DNA from: Patulibacter sp.
GTDB taxonomy: Bacteria; Actinomycetota; Thermoleophilia; Solirubrobacterales; Solirubrobacteraceae
Assembly (NCBI GenBank): GCA_023268575.1
Contig: JALRCL010000045.1
Coordinates: 1-39,735, forward strand
DNA: 39,735 nt
Reading direction: 5' to 3'
The position numbers and the translations under genes are program-made. The notes under the pieces are model-generated. The model did not search any database. It was not told the origin of the DNA and worked only from the letters and a program-made list of their open reading frames with translations. This document shows positions 26,254 to 34,992 of this stretch, piece by piece. The number at the start of each line of letters is the position of its first letter. The stretch's first letter is position 1.

Positions 26254-26918
26254 TCCCCCTCAAGCGACGAACAGGCCCACATGCCCTCGATCACGCGAGC
26301 CCCGGACTGCGGCCGCATCGCCACCACGAACTGCTTCGCCTCACGCTCGTAGTCCTGCAAGCACGACGCCTGCATGTCCGGGTCGTCCTCGCGCTTGTAC
26401 AGCCGCGACCTTGCGAACGAGATCAGCGCCTCCGACGCGTCGTCGCCCAGCTCGCACACGTCGCTGTCGTTGACCAGCATCGTGGGGGCGCGGTAGCCGC
26501 GGACCGCGACGACCTCACCGACGGGCGCACGAACGATCAGCGTGACCGAGCCGTTCGGCTGCTGCACCACCTGGTACCCGCTGCCCGGCCCGGAAGGGCC
26601 GCCCGGCCGGCCGATGTCGTCTGCAACAACGAGACGCTCCTTGACGCGCTCCTCAACCGTTCGCCACAGATCGTCGGCAGGCACATCGGTGCCCTCGAGC
26701 CGCCACACCCCGGCGATCCGCGCCCACGTCGTCGCCGTCCCCAGCGTCACCGCACCTTCGGCGTCGACGGTGCCGCACCGCAACGTGCGGCCCCACGTCG
26801 CACGCCGCGCCAGCTTGCGCTGCGCGTCGTTGACGTACCGGCCAGCGTAGGTCCGCCACTTCGCGTCGTCGAACGCGTCGTACAGCACCTCGTCCACGAG
26901 CTGCTTGAACGTGCTCAC
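26250..26918 (-). CDS. Head-tail adaptor (tail tubular A-like)
   Basis: TFKQLVDEV...YVNDAQRKLAR...EALISFARSRLY; located between capsid and nozzle. Confidence 0.75.
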   Translation of the reverse strand: MSTFKQLVDEVLYDAFDDAKWRTYAGRYVNDAQRKLARRATWGRTLRCGTVDAEGAVTLGTATTWARIAGVWRLEGTDVPADDLWRTVEERVKERLVVADDIGRPGGPSGPGSGYQVVQQPNGSVTLIVRAPVGEVVAVRGYRAPTMLVNDSDVCELGDDASEALISFARSRLYKREDDPDMQASCLQDYEREAKQFVVAMRPQSGARVIEGMWACSSLEGE

Positions 26919-27367
26919 CGCCGCACACCCCGCGGAACGAAGATCCGGTTCTGGTTCGCGCCTTGGGCCTTCATCCAGGCGTGGTAGATCGGCTCGGCAC
27001 GCTCAGCGCCCTCCTCCTCAAGCTGCCGCTGCGCGTCGCGGCGAAGCTGCTCGTTCGCGCTCCACGCCTCCTCAACGGCGTCCCAGCCGCTCCCAGGACG
27101 CGCGCGCCGGACCCGCTCAACGAGACCCGGGTGCGGAGCACCACCGGGGATCGGGTCGCCGCACGTCACGAGATGCTCGGACCCGTCGTCAAGGACCTGC
27201 AGGACGGAGTAATGGCCGGGGGCGGGAAGCTCGTGCCACCGCAGCACGAGGGACCGGTCGATCTCCTTGAGCTGGTGCGCGACGTTGCCGGCCTCGGCCT
27301 CGATCACGACGGTCTGGCCGCGTTCGTCGGTGGCGACGTGCGTCATGCGGGCGGGCGGAATGTCCAC
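26915..27367 (-). CDS. Hypothetical virion-module protein
   Basis: Start moved to GTG 27367, 7 nt after the late promoter motif; the ORF-track start 27433 precedes the terminator hairpin. Confidence 0.65.
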   Translation of the reverse strand: MDIPPARMTHVATDERGQTVVIEAEAGNVAHQLKEIDRSLVLRWHELPAPGHYSVLQVLDDGSEHLVTCGDPIPGGAPHPGLVERVRRARPGSGWDAVEEAWSANEQLRRDAQRQLEEEGAERAEPIYHAWMKAQGANQNRIFVPRGVRR

Positions 27368-27374
27368 GTCCAGC

Positions 27375-27397
27375 ACGGTGCCGATCGACCCCAGAAA
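27375..27397 (-). promoter_or_regulatory. Late promoter motif TTTCT-N12-CACCGT
   Basis: 7 nt upstream of GTG 27367. Confidence 0.65.
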
Positions 27398-27400
27398 CGC

Positions 27401-27430
27401 GGGCGCCCCGACCACCAGGCCGGGGCGCCC
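27401..27430 (-). terminator. Hairpin terminator after the capsid gene
   Basis: 10-bp stem GGGCGCCCCG/CGGGGCGCCC, then GCGTTTCT. Confidence 0.75.
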
Positions 27431-27456
27431 CAAGCACCCAAACAGGGGGCTGGGTG

Positions 27457-28716
27457 TCAGCCGCCGATGTTCGGCTTGTCGTCCGCGCAGTTGTACAGAC
27501 GACCGATGCCGGCCGGCTTGTCGAACAGCAGGTTCAGCTTGAGGCGGTACGTCGCCTCGTGCTGCGCCCGGTACTGGCCGGTCGACTGGTCAACCGTCCA
27601 CCGCCAGATCGTGTCGCCATCCGGACCGTCCAGCCACTCGGACGGACCCTTGAACAGCTCCACCGCCTTGCGGTTCCACATGTACGCCCGGCCCTTCGGC
27701 ACGTCCGGCTGCGCCACGAGACCCAGCTCGCCGGTCGGCGCCGCGAGGAAGATCCCCTTGAACCCGGCGCGCACCTCGACCGTGTCGACGTACCGCTTCT
27801 GCGACTGGTACGTCGACATCAGCCGACGCTGGATGCCGCGGGTCGTGACGCCCTCCGTCGGCGCCTCCGCCTCGCGTCCCCACATGCTGTCCATCACGTC
27901 GTAGAAGTCGTCCTCATCGGCAGCGTTGCCCGACAGGTTCTTCTCGTTCCCGGCCCACGTCGAGTTCGTGCCCGAGTTGATGCCGTGCAGCGTCCGTGCC
28001 GTGATCGCCCCGGTCGAGACCTCGACGCCCGCAGCCGCGAGATCGAGCGACTCGATCTTGACGGTGTCAGTGGGACCCGCGCCGCTGTACCACGCACCCG
28101 ACGCCGCGGCCGTGACCGTGACCGCCGAGTCGACCGTGATCGTGTTCGCCGAGATGCTCTTGCCCGTGACCTTCCGGACCGTCGCACCGGCACCCGACGT
28201 GCGGTTGCCGAACGTCAGGTAGTCGCCGACCTGGATGTACTGGACCTGATCGAGCGTGACTGTCGTGCCCGTCGAGTCGGCTGCGACCGTCCACACCTGG
28301 TTGCGGTACAGCTGCGGCGACACCTTGCGGCGCAGATCCTTGACGCAGTCATCGACGGCCTTCTGAAGACCGTTCGCGTACGCCGTCTCGCCCTTCTTCA
28401 TCCGGTCGAGCTGATCGACCGTGATGCCGGTCGTCGCGCTGTGATCCGCAACGTCCGCGTTCGCCGGAACGGTGTCCCGCACAGCCGGCTTGGGCAGCAG
28501 CCCGCCGTCCATGTTGTTGATCGCGTAGTTCCCGGTCTGCGGGGCGACGTCGACCGCCCACTCGATCTTCTTGCCGCCGGTCCAGACCTCGGGGTCTGCC
28601 TTCTCCAGCGACGACAGCAGGAAGTCGCTCTTGATGACCGTGTCGGTGATCTTGTCTCGGTAGACCGTCTTGAGCAGGTTGCTCGCGGTCGTGAGGTTGT
28701 AAGGCCCTTCAGCCAT
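27457..28716 (-). CDS. Major capsid protein
   Basis: 419 aa; NLLKTVY N-arm, long spine helix and beta insertion; follows the scaffold and precedes a terminator. Confidence 0.85.
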   Translation of the reverse strand: MAEGPYNLTTASNLLKTVYRDKITDTVIKSDFLLSSLEKADPEVWTGGKKIEWAVDVAPQTGNYAINNMDGGLLPKPAVRDTVPANADVADHSATTGITVDQLDRMKKGETAYANGLQKAVDDCVKDLRRKVSPQLYRNQVWTVAADSTGTTVTLDQVQYIQVGDYLTFGNRTSGAGATVRKVTGKSISANTITVDSAVTVTAAASGAWYSGAGPTDTVKIESLDLAAAGVEVSTGAITARTLHGINSGTNSTWAGNEKNLSGNAADEDDFYDVMDSMWGREAEAPTEGVTTRGIQRRLMSTYQSQKRYVDTVEVRAGFKGIFLAAPTGELGLVAQPDVPKGRAYMWNRKAVELFKGPSEWLDGPDGDTIWRWTVDQSTGQYRAQHEATYRLKLNLLFDKPAGIGRLYNCADDKPNIGG

Positions 28717-28746
28717 GGTGGTTTCAGCTCACTCTGTGAGAGGGGT

Positions 28747-29580
28747 TCAAGCACTCGCGCGCAACGCGGCGAGCACCTCGTTCTTTGCGTCCGCCATGTC
28801 CGTGGACACCCCCACCTGCGCAGGACTCGACCCGGCGATCTCCGCCTGACCCGGCTCCTTGCGCTTCATCTCCAGAAGCTGCTTCTGCGAGTTCGACGTG
28901 AACGTCTTCAGCAACTCCCAGGCCTTCGCGATCGGCTGGTCCTCCTGCCCAACGAACCCCGCAGCGATCGCACCGATCGCCTGCTGCTCGTCCGGCGTGA
29001 GATCACGCTCGATCTCCTGCTCGATCGCCTTCACCTCGCTGGCGACCTGCTCCGCGGCCTGCTGCTGCGCCCGCTCCGCGTCCTGCTGCTGAAACCGCTG
29101 CTCGATCGGCCCGAGACGCTCAGAGAGCTTCTCCGCCAACAGCTGCTCAACATCAGGCGCCGTACCCGCGTCATCGCCGTCGTCGAACTCGTCGAACTCG
29201 TCAGGGTCCGCGATCTGCAGACCATGGTGCTCAGCAAGCCGCCGCACGATTGCGGGCCCCGCTTCCTTGGACTCGATCTGCTCAAGGATCTGCAAGCCCT
29301 GCCGCAGCCCATCGGGGTCCCAATCGGTGATCCCAAGCTCGGCGTACGGGCTCCACTGCTCCTTGAACTGCTCGGCCTCCTTGCGGAACTTCGCGTGCTC
29401 CTGGAACTTCGGGGTGGTCAGTCCCTCGGCGTACTTCAGCGCCTCGAGAGCGACCGGTCGGACGGGCTCTGACACGTTCGCCAGGTAGCCGTCCCACGGG
29501 GTGCCATTGGTGGCGGGGGTCGCGTCGCCCGACTCGCCGCCAGTCTCGCCCGTCACTTCGGGCTCGATGGCGTCAGACAT
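28747..29580 (-). CDS. Capsid scaffolding protein
   Basis: ATG 29580 after AAGGGAG; acidic coiled-coil protein; directly upstream of the capsid gene. Confidence 0.8.
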   Translation of the reverse strand: MSDAIEPEVTGETGGESGDATPATNGTPWDGYLANVSEPVRPVALEALKYAEGLTTPKFQEHAKFRKEAEQFKEQWSPYAELGITDWDPDGLRQGLQILEQIESKEAGPAIVRRLAEHHGLQIADPDEFDEFDDGDDAGTAPDVEQLLAEKLSERLGPIEQRFQQQDAERAQQQAAEQVASEVKAIEQEIERDLTPDEQQAIGAIAAGFVGQEDQPIAKAWELLKTFTSNSQKQLLEMKRKEPGQAEIAGSSPAQVGVSTDMADAKNEVLAALRASA

Positions 29581-29676
29581 GGGCTGCTCCCTTGTTTCGT
29601 GCACTGACCGGTGGCCGTCGCCCCGCAGGGCTGGCGTTCAGGTCGTGGTGCGGGTTGATCTGGATGGGGAAGCTGG

Positions 29677-29985
29677 TCACCGGAACTGCGGCGGCCGGCG
29701 GTCGTTGCCGCGGTCGCTCTGCTGGTCGTCGGTGGAACGCCCGCGATCGGTGTCGCGGTCGTCGGACGGCTGGTCGTCGTCGCGCTGCTCACGGACGCGG
29801 CGAGACAGGTCGGGGCCGCGGTCCTCGCGGCGGCTGCCGGCCTCGTCATGCGACGTGGACAGCTCGTCCTGAACGTCGTTCAGCCGGTCCACGAGATCGC
29901 GGTACGTCTCGTCCGAGCCGAGCTGACGAACGATGTCGGTGATCGTGCGGCGGATCTCGCGGATGCGGGCGGCGGAAACAGCCAT
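29677..29985 (-). CDS. Hypothetical protein with an Asp/Arg-rich tail
   Basis: ATG 29985 (MAVSAARIREIRR), 10 nt after the late promoter motif. Confidence 0.65.
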   Translation of the reverse strand: MAVSAARIREIRRTITDIVRQLGSDETYRDLVDRLNDVQDELSTSHDEAGSRREDRGPDLSRRVREQRDDDQPSDDRDTDRGRSTDDQQSDRGNDRRPPQFR

Positions 29986-29995
29986 CGTGCAGCCG

Positions 29996-30018
29996 AAGAT
30001 GCACACCCCCCGCAAAAA
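29996..30018 (-). promoter_or_regulatory. Late promoter motif TTTTT-N12-CATCTT
   Basis: Intergenic; heads the scaffold-capsid unit. Confidence 0.65.
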
Positions 30019-30041
30019 TCAACGCGAACTTCAACCGCGGT

Positions 30042-32129
30042 TCAAGCGACAGACGTTGCGTCACCGGAACCACCCGGCGACGGAACGATCTGGCCCTGCG
30101 CACCACCCGGCACCAGCGACGGGCCGCCCTGCGGCTCCTGCCCCGGCTTCGGGCCCATCCCCGCAAGCTGCTGCGCCGCGGCCTGCTGCACCACCTGCGC
30201 CTGCAACACCTCGATCGCCTGCTTGTGCGCCTGCCAATGCGCCGCGTACCGCTGCCGCTGCGCGTCGTCGAACTCGTCAGTCCACGCCGCCGACTTCATG
30301 ACCTGCTCGTGGCCCTTCAGGTGCGCCGGGTGGTTGTCCCACTCGTTGACCGGCGGCAGCGGCGCAGCCGTGTCCTGGAGCCGCTGGTTCTCCTTCGCGA
30401 TCTGGCGGGCGTCCTCGGTGAACCCGGAAACCAGCCGCTCGAGACCGCCGACCTCGTAGTCGCGGAGGTACTCGCCCAACGCAACAGGGTCCAGCGGAAC
30501 CCCGTTCTGAAGGAACAGCGCCAAGATCTGGTCCATCCGGGCCTGCTTCGCGACGATGCTCTTCGGGATCATCGACCCCGGCTTCACGCGCACCGTCGGC
30601 ACGTCGCGAGAAAGCTGGTCGGCGCGGAACGTCGAGATCGACCACGCCTCGTCGTCCCCGGCGATCTTCACGATCCGGTCGGTCTTGTAGTACCGGCAGA
30701 TCAGCTTCCACGCCATGTTCCCGGCGTCGGACACGGCCTGCTCGAAGTCCTGGGCAGCGAGACCGATGACGGTCTGGTCGGCCTCCTGAAGAAGCTGGAT
30801 CGCGGACGCCGCGGTCACTCCGGCCGGGACGACGCCCCGGGACACCTCGGTCTGGCGGGACACCTTGTCGATGGCGTCCTGGATCAGGGCAGGCTCCTCC
30901 CGGATGTAGGCCGGAAGCGACGGCATCTCGAGGAACTGCGGCAGCGCACCGTTCGCGGACGCAAAGTCGAACTCGATGACCTCGCCGGGAATCCCCTTGA
31001 TCTTCACGTCAGTGTCCTGCGGAACGATCAGGCCGGGGTTGCCGATCCGGGCTGCGTTCTCTCGCATCTGGGAGCGCGTCTTGTTCAGCTCCATGTTCAG
31101 CGGCCGGATCTGGGTCGTCATCGACGTCGGGTAGAACCGGCCCGGCACCGGGATGCCCGGGATCAGGACGTACGGCAGATCGTGGTCCGGCGTGTCGTTC
31201 TCCTCGTACGCCAGGATCGTCGAGTCCGTCCACGCGACATGGCGGCCCTTCGGGTACTTCAGCGTGGGGCGCTCCCACAGCTCGCAGACCTTCACGCCGA
31301 CCTTGGGCGAGCTGTCCGGACGGCCACCGGGCATCCGGGACTCGACGAGCCCCGCGGACGCGGACGCGTCGGCCTTCGGCGGGTTGTCGAGCCCGTAGCG
31401 GCGCTGCACCTCGTCGGGGGACCGGACGGCCTCCTCGATCACCCAGCCGGCGGAGCGGATGCCCTCGTCTCCGGCGAGCGGGTCGAACACGAGATCGAGC
31501 GGCGACCGAACGTTGAACCGGACGTCGCCGTTGCCGACGTACTCCCACTGGACCGGGACGCCGCCCTGCGTGAGCTGCTCCCCGAGCTGGCTGTCGCGGC
31601 GGATGAGCTGCCCGTCCTGCGGGTTGACGATCGGGTCGCCGTTCTGGTCGACCGCGACCTCTGCGCCGGTGTCCGACGCGAGCGGGTCCCACGTGACCTT
31701 GAGCGCCCCGAGGCCGCAGATGCGGGACCAGAACGTCGCGCGACGCAGCAGCGGCTGGACCTTGAGGTCGTCCCACTTCGCGCGAAGGACGCGGTTCGCG
31801 AGGAGCGCGTCCTTGAGCGCGTCGTCGTCGGGGTTCGTCGGCTCGGCGTCCCACGTCGGCAGCTCGCGCGTGAGGCGCGCGACCTCCTGCAGCACGGCGG
31901 GCTGGACGCGGTTATCCGTGAACAGCATCCGCCATGGCTCGAGCTTCGGTCGCGCGAATCGCGATTCGGCCCATGCCCACCACTGTTCGCCCTGAAAGAA
32001 CGCGATGTTCAGGAACCACTCCGCTTCGAACGGCTTGCGGTGCTGGAGGCCGTCCTTGTGGAGCTGCTTGAGCGTTTCGAGTTCGCGTGCGGCTTCGCGG
32101 CCGCGGCGGATGGGGATGGGGCTAGGCAT
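30042..32129 (-). CDS. Portal protein (P22-like size)
   Basis: 695 aa; FFQGEQW, GLGALKVTWDP, QIRPLNMELNK, RGVVPAGVTAASAI; Gln-rich C-terminal helix; located between terL and scaffold. Confidence 0.88.
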   Translation of the reverse strand: MPSPIPIRRGREAARELETLKQLHKDGLQHRKPFEAEWFLNIAFFQGEQWWAWAESRFARPKLEPWRMLFTDNRVQPAVLQEVARLTRELPTWDAEPTNPDDDALKDALLANRVLRAKWDDLKVQPLLRRATFWSRICGLGALKVTWDPLASDTGAEVAVDQNGDPIVNPQDGQLIRRDSQLGEQLTQGGVPVQWEYVGNGDVRFNVRSPLDLVFDPLAGDEGIRSAGWVIEEAVRSPDEVQRRYGLDNPPKADASASAGLVESRMPGGRPDSSPKVGVKVCELWERPTLKYPKGRHVAWTDSTILAYEENDTPDHDLPYVLIPGIPVPGRFYPTSMTTQIRPLNMELNKTRSQMRENAARIGNPGLIVPQDTDVKIKGIPGEVIEFDFASANGALPQFLEMPSLPAYIREEPALIQDAIDKVSRQTEVSRGVVPAGVTAASAIQLLQEADQTVIGLAAQDFEQAVSDAGNMAWKLICRYYKTDRIVKIAGDDEAWSISTFRADQLSRDVPTVRVKPGSMIPKSIVAKQARMDQILALFLQNGVPLDPVALGEYLRDYEVGGLERLVSGFTEDARQIAKENQRLQDTAAPLPPVNEWDNHPAHLKGHEQVMKSAAWTDEFDDAQRQRYAAHWQAHKQAIEVLQAQVVQQAAAQQLAGMGPKPGQEPQGGPSLVPGGAQGQIVPSPGGSGDATSVA

Positions 32130-32424
32130 CGCTGCTGTCGCCGAATGCCTTCATGAAGGCGGAGGGGGAGAGGTCGCTGACGTCTTGGCCTGCGAGCTCG
32201 AACGCTCCGGAGGGGTCTTCTGTGGGCTTCTGGGTGGTGCTGGTGGGGGTTGGGGCGTGCCGGATGTCGGGCCGGTTGATCTGGTCGATCAGGGTCGCGC
32301 GTTCGGTGGCGCTGGTGGCCTGGATGGCGTCGATGGTGTCGGCGAGTCGTTGGACGACGTAGGCGGAGAGGAGGAGGGCGCCGAGGGTGAGGGTGACGGC
32401 GGTGATGGCGAGCAGCGTGGTCAC
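32122..32424 (-). CDS. Small membrane-anchored protein
   Basis: N-terminal transmembrane stretch; overlaps the portal start. Confidence 0.7.
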   Translation of the reverse strand: MTTLLAITAVTLTLGALLLSAYVVQRLADTIDAIQATSATERATLIDQINRPDIRHAPTPTSTTQKPTEDPSGAFELAGQDVSDLSPSAFMKAFGDSSDA

Positions 32425-32666
32425 GACACGACCGCCCCCTCTGCGGAAACGGCCCGCTCGAAGTCATTGAGGAAGTCGGAGGCGTGCATGAAGCCGGTCG
32501 TGTCCGGGGCGCCGTCCCACTGGTAAGCCACGAGCGTGAGGCCTCCGCCGAAGGTCCGGGGATCGGGCCGATACGACCGCCGGGAAACGACCGTTGCCGT
32601 ACGACCCGTGTCCCGGTGCGTGAACCGCGCGCCCTTCCGAAGGTCGGCGTGGCGGACGACAGTCAT
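32421..32666 (-). CDS. Hypothetical protein
   Basis: AAGGAGG RBS; coupled at both ends. Confidence 0.7.
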   Translation of the reverse strand: MTVVRHADLRKGARFTHRDTGRTATVVSRRSYRPDPRTFGGGLTLVAYQWDGAPDTTGFMHASDFLNDFERAVSAEGAVVS

Positions 32667-33337
32667 CGGTCCTCCTTGGACTTGCCGTTGATGAACCGCT
32701 CGACCGCCAGGTCGACCAGATCGCTCTTCGCCGTCACATCCGCCGGAATCGGCTCATCCCGATCCTTGAAGAACTTCCGGATCTCCCGGACCGTCAGGCC
32801 CTCGAAGAACTCCCGCGTCGGCTTCGGCTCCGCGCCGTCGCCCGAGCCGCCCGGCGGCTCATCGGCCAGACCTCCAACGGTCTCATCCGCCTCCTGCAAC
32901 AGCTCGATCGCACCAGCCGCAGTCACACCAGCCGGCTCGGACGGCGGGACCGCGTCCCGCTCATCCGTCGACCCCGCCGTAAACAGCCCCGCCTGACGCG
33001 CCACATCAAGCTGCCCCGCCACATCCACCGCGAACTGATGCGCCAACGCCTCAGCCGCCCGCGCACGCGTCTCCAACACCTCCACCGCCTGCCGATGACG
33101 CTGCTCCTGCTCACCGAACTCCGGCACATGCCGCAGCGCCTTCCGCAGGCACCCGCCGCACACCAGCACCCGGTGATGCGCATGGAACCGGCCGCCGTTC
33201 ACCAGCTCAACCGGGCCCTCGCCCTCCCAGAAGTCGCCAAAGTCCACGACCGGCCCTTGCAGGTCGTCGTCGTGGAACCGCAGCGCACACGCGTTGCAGC
33301 GATCCCGGGGCTGGGGCGACACGACTCGAACAGCCAT
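32663..33337 (-). CDS. Modular protein: CxxC zinc finger, coiled coil, portal-like peptide, C-terminal HeH/SAP-like motif
   Basis: CNAC...CGGC; PAGVTAAGAIELLQEADETVGGLA; LTVREIRKFF...KSDLVDLA. Confidence 0.8.
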   Translation of the reverse strand: MAVRVVSPQPRDRCNACALRFHDDDLQGPVVDFGDFWEGEGPVELVNGGRFHAHHRVLVCGGCLRKALRHVPEFGEQEQRHRQAVEVLETRARAAEALAHQFAVDVAGQLDVARQAGLFTAGSTDERDAVPPSEPAGVTAAGAIELLQEADETVGGLADEPPGGSGDGAEPKPTREFFEGLTVREIRKFFKDRDEPIPADVTAKSDLVDLAVERFINGKSKEDR

Positions 33338-33343
33338 GCCCGC

Positions 33344-33366
33344 ACCGTCACGACCAGCCCCAAAAA
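33344..33366 (-). promoter_or_regulatory. Late promoter motif TTTTT-N12-GACGGT
   Basis: 6 nt before ATG 33337. Confidence 0.7.
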
Positions 33367-33374
33367 CGCGGGGG

Positions 33375-34919
33375 TCAGGCGAACACGTTCCCCATCGCGC
33401 CCGTCGACCCGCCCATCTCTCGATCGAGGTTCGACGGCCACCCCAGCACCGGCCGCTTCTCCTCGACCTTCGCGACCGCCGGCTTCGGCAACGACAACGC
33501 CGCGTACCGCGTCGCGTCGAGGTAGTGGTCGTCCCTTTTCACCGGCTGCTCACGCGCAGCGTCCTCGGAGCGCTTGGAGCCCTTCCACCGGTACTTCGGG
33601 AACTCCTGCCGCAACGTCAGGCAGTTTTCGGTCACCCGAAAGTACCCCGGGTTCTCCAGCAGCACCCGGATGCGGCCGATCCCGACGGCGCGGGTGTTCA
33701 CGCCGGGCCGACACGGAATGCCGTGCTTGGCGTACTCCGCCGCCACCGGGACCGCGGTCGCCTGCTCCCGGTTTCGCGCTGACGGATCGATGACGTACCA
33801 GTCCGCCGACGTCTCCCAGTCCAACAGCCGCTTCTTGATCTCGTCGCAGACCTGCTTGATCGGGGCGCCCTTCTCGAACCGGATCTCGTCGAACACCGTG
33901 ATCCGGCCCTGATCGTCCGCGAACAGGAACACCACCGCCGGATGCGCCGCACCCGGATCGATGCCGACCACCGTCCTGCGACGCTCCGGCCCGATCTCCG
34001 GCAACTCCGCCAACGCCGGGATCACATGCTCGGCCGGGTCCCACGCCGGATAGATCTGCCCCTCGAACGCCACGAACAACCCATGGCGACGCGACTTGAT
34101 CTCCTCCGCCGACTGCGTCCCATCCGACGCGAACAGCACCTCGAGCGACTCCTTCGGCATGTGCGGGTTGTCGTCCGACGACGCCGTCACGACCTTCACC
34201 CGCTCCGCCCCGGGCTTCGCGTTGATCGCGGGGATGTACAGCTGGTCGTGCACCCACGACATGCCGTCCAGCGGCGTCATCGTCAGCGACATCGACCCCA
34301 TGTGGTCCGCGAGGCGCATCATGCACTCGTTGAACTGCTTGCGCCCCAGGTCGTACGGCGGCTCCTCGTCGAAGTGGCAGAAGTGCAGGTTCTGGGCCGA
34401 GAACGCGTCGACGTCCTGCTCCTGCGACATGAACTCGACGAACGAACCGTTGTCGAACCACAGCCGACGCGCGTCGCGATCGAACGCGTTCTTCCACCAG
34501 TTCTTGCCGCGCCCCTTCCCGGCCAACGCTTGGCGGGGCACCCACTCGCGGAACTTGTCGACGATGACCTCGTGCGACTGCTTGAAGTCGGCCGTGACGA
34601 CCCGTCCGCGGACGACGTCGTGCCAGAACTTGAAGCGCCGCAGATGGTCCGGCAACAGCTCGGCGGGAACGAGCTGGATGATGTCCTTGACGACCCCGAC
34701 CGTCGTCTTCCCGGCGCGGTTGCCGCCGAGAAACAGCGACGTGGTGAGGTGGCCTTCCCACTCGAGGAACTGCGTCTGTGCCGGGTACGGCACGAACAAC
34801 TGGAGCTTGTTCTCGACGAGCTGTTCGCGGAGCCCGGCGACGATTTGTAGTGCTTTGTCGCGATTGGGCCCCGGGGGGAGCGCCATGATCGCGGCGACGT
34901 TGATTTGGGGGGTTTGCAC
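33375..34919 (-). CDS. terL: Terminase large subunit
   Basis: Walker A GGNRAGKT; Walker B CHFDEEP; TMTP coupling motif; nuclease motifs GIDPG and DDHYLDATRY. Confidence 0.95.
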   Translation of the reverse strand: MQTPQINVAAIMALPPGPNRDKALQIVAGLREQLVENKLQLFVPYPAQTQFLEWEGHLTTSLFLGGNRAGKTTVGVVKDIIQLVPAELLPDHLRRFKFWHDVVRGRVVTADFKQSHEVIVDKFREWVPRQALAGKGRGKNWWKNAFDRDARRLWFDNGSFVEFMSQEQDVDAFSAQNLHFCHFDEEPPYDLGRKQFNECMMRLADHMGSMSLTMTPLDGMSWVHDQLYIPAINAKPGAERVKVVTASSDDNPHMPKESLEVLFASDGTQSAEEIKSRRHGLFVAFEGQIYPAWDPAEHVIPALAELPEIGPERRRTVVGIDPGAAHPAVVFLFADDQGRITVFDEIRFEKGAPIKQVCDEIKKRLLDWETSADWYVIDPSARNREQATAVPVAAEYAKHGIPCRPGVNTRAVGIGRIRVLLENPGYFRVTENCLTLRQEFPKYRWKGSKRSEDAAREQPVKRDDHYLDATRYAALSLPKPAVAKVEEKRPVLGWPSNLDREMGGSTGAMGNVFA

Positions 34920-34929
34920 CGTGGGTCGG

Positions 34930-34952
34930 ACGGTGCGGTTCGGGAGGAAAAA
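34930..34952 (-). promoter_or_regulatory. Late promoter motif TTTTT-N12-CACCGT
   Basis: 10 nt before terL GTG 34919. Confidence 0.7.
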
Positions 34953-34992
34953 CCCTGCGGTTCAGGGTTTCCGGATCGGCCCAGTTGCGGGG

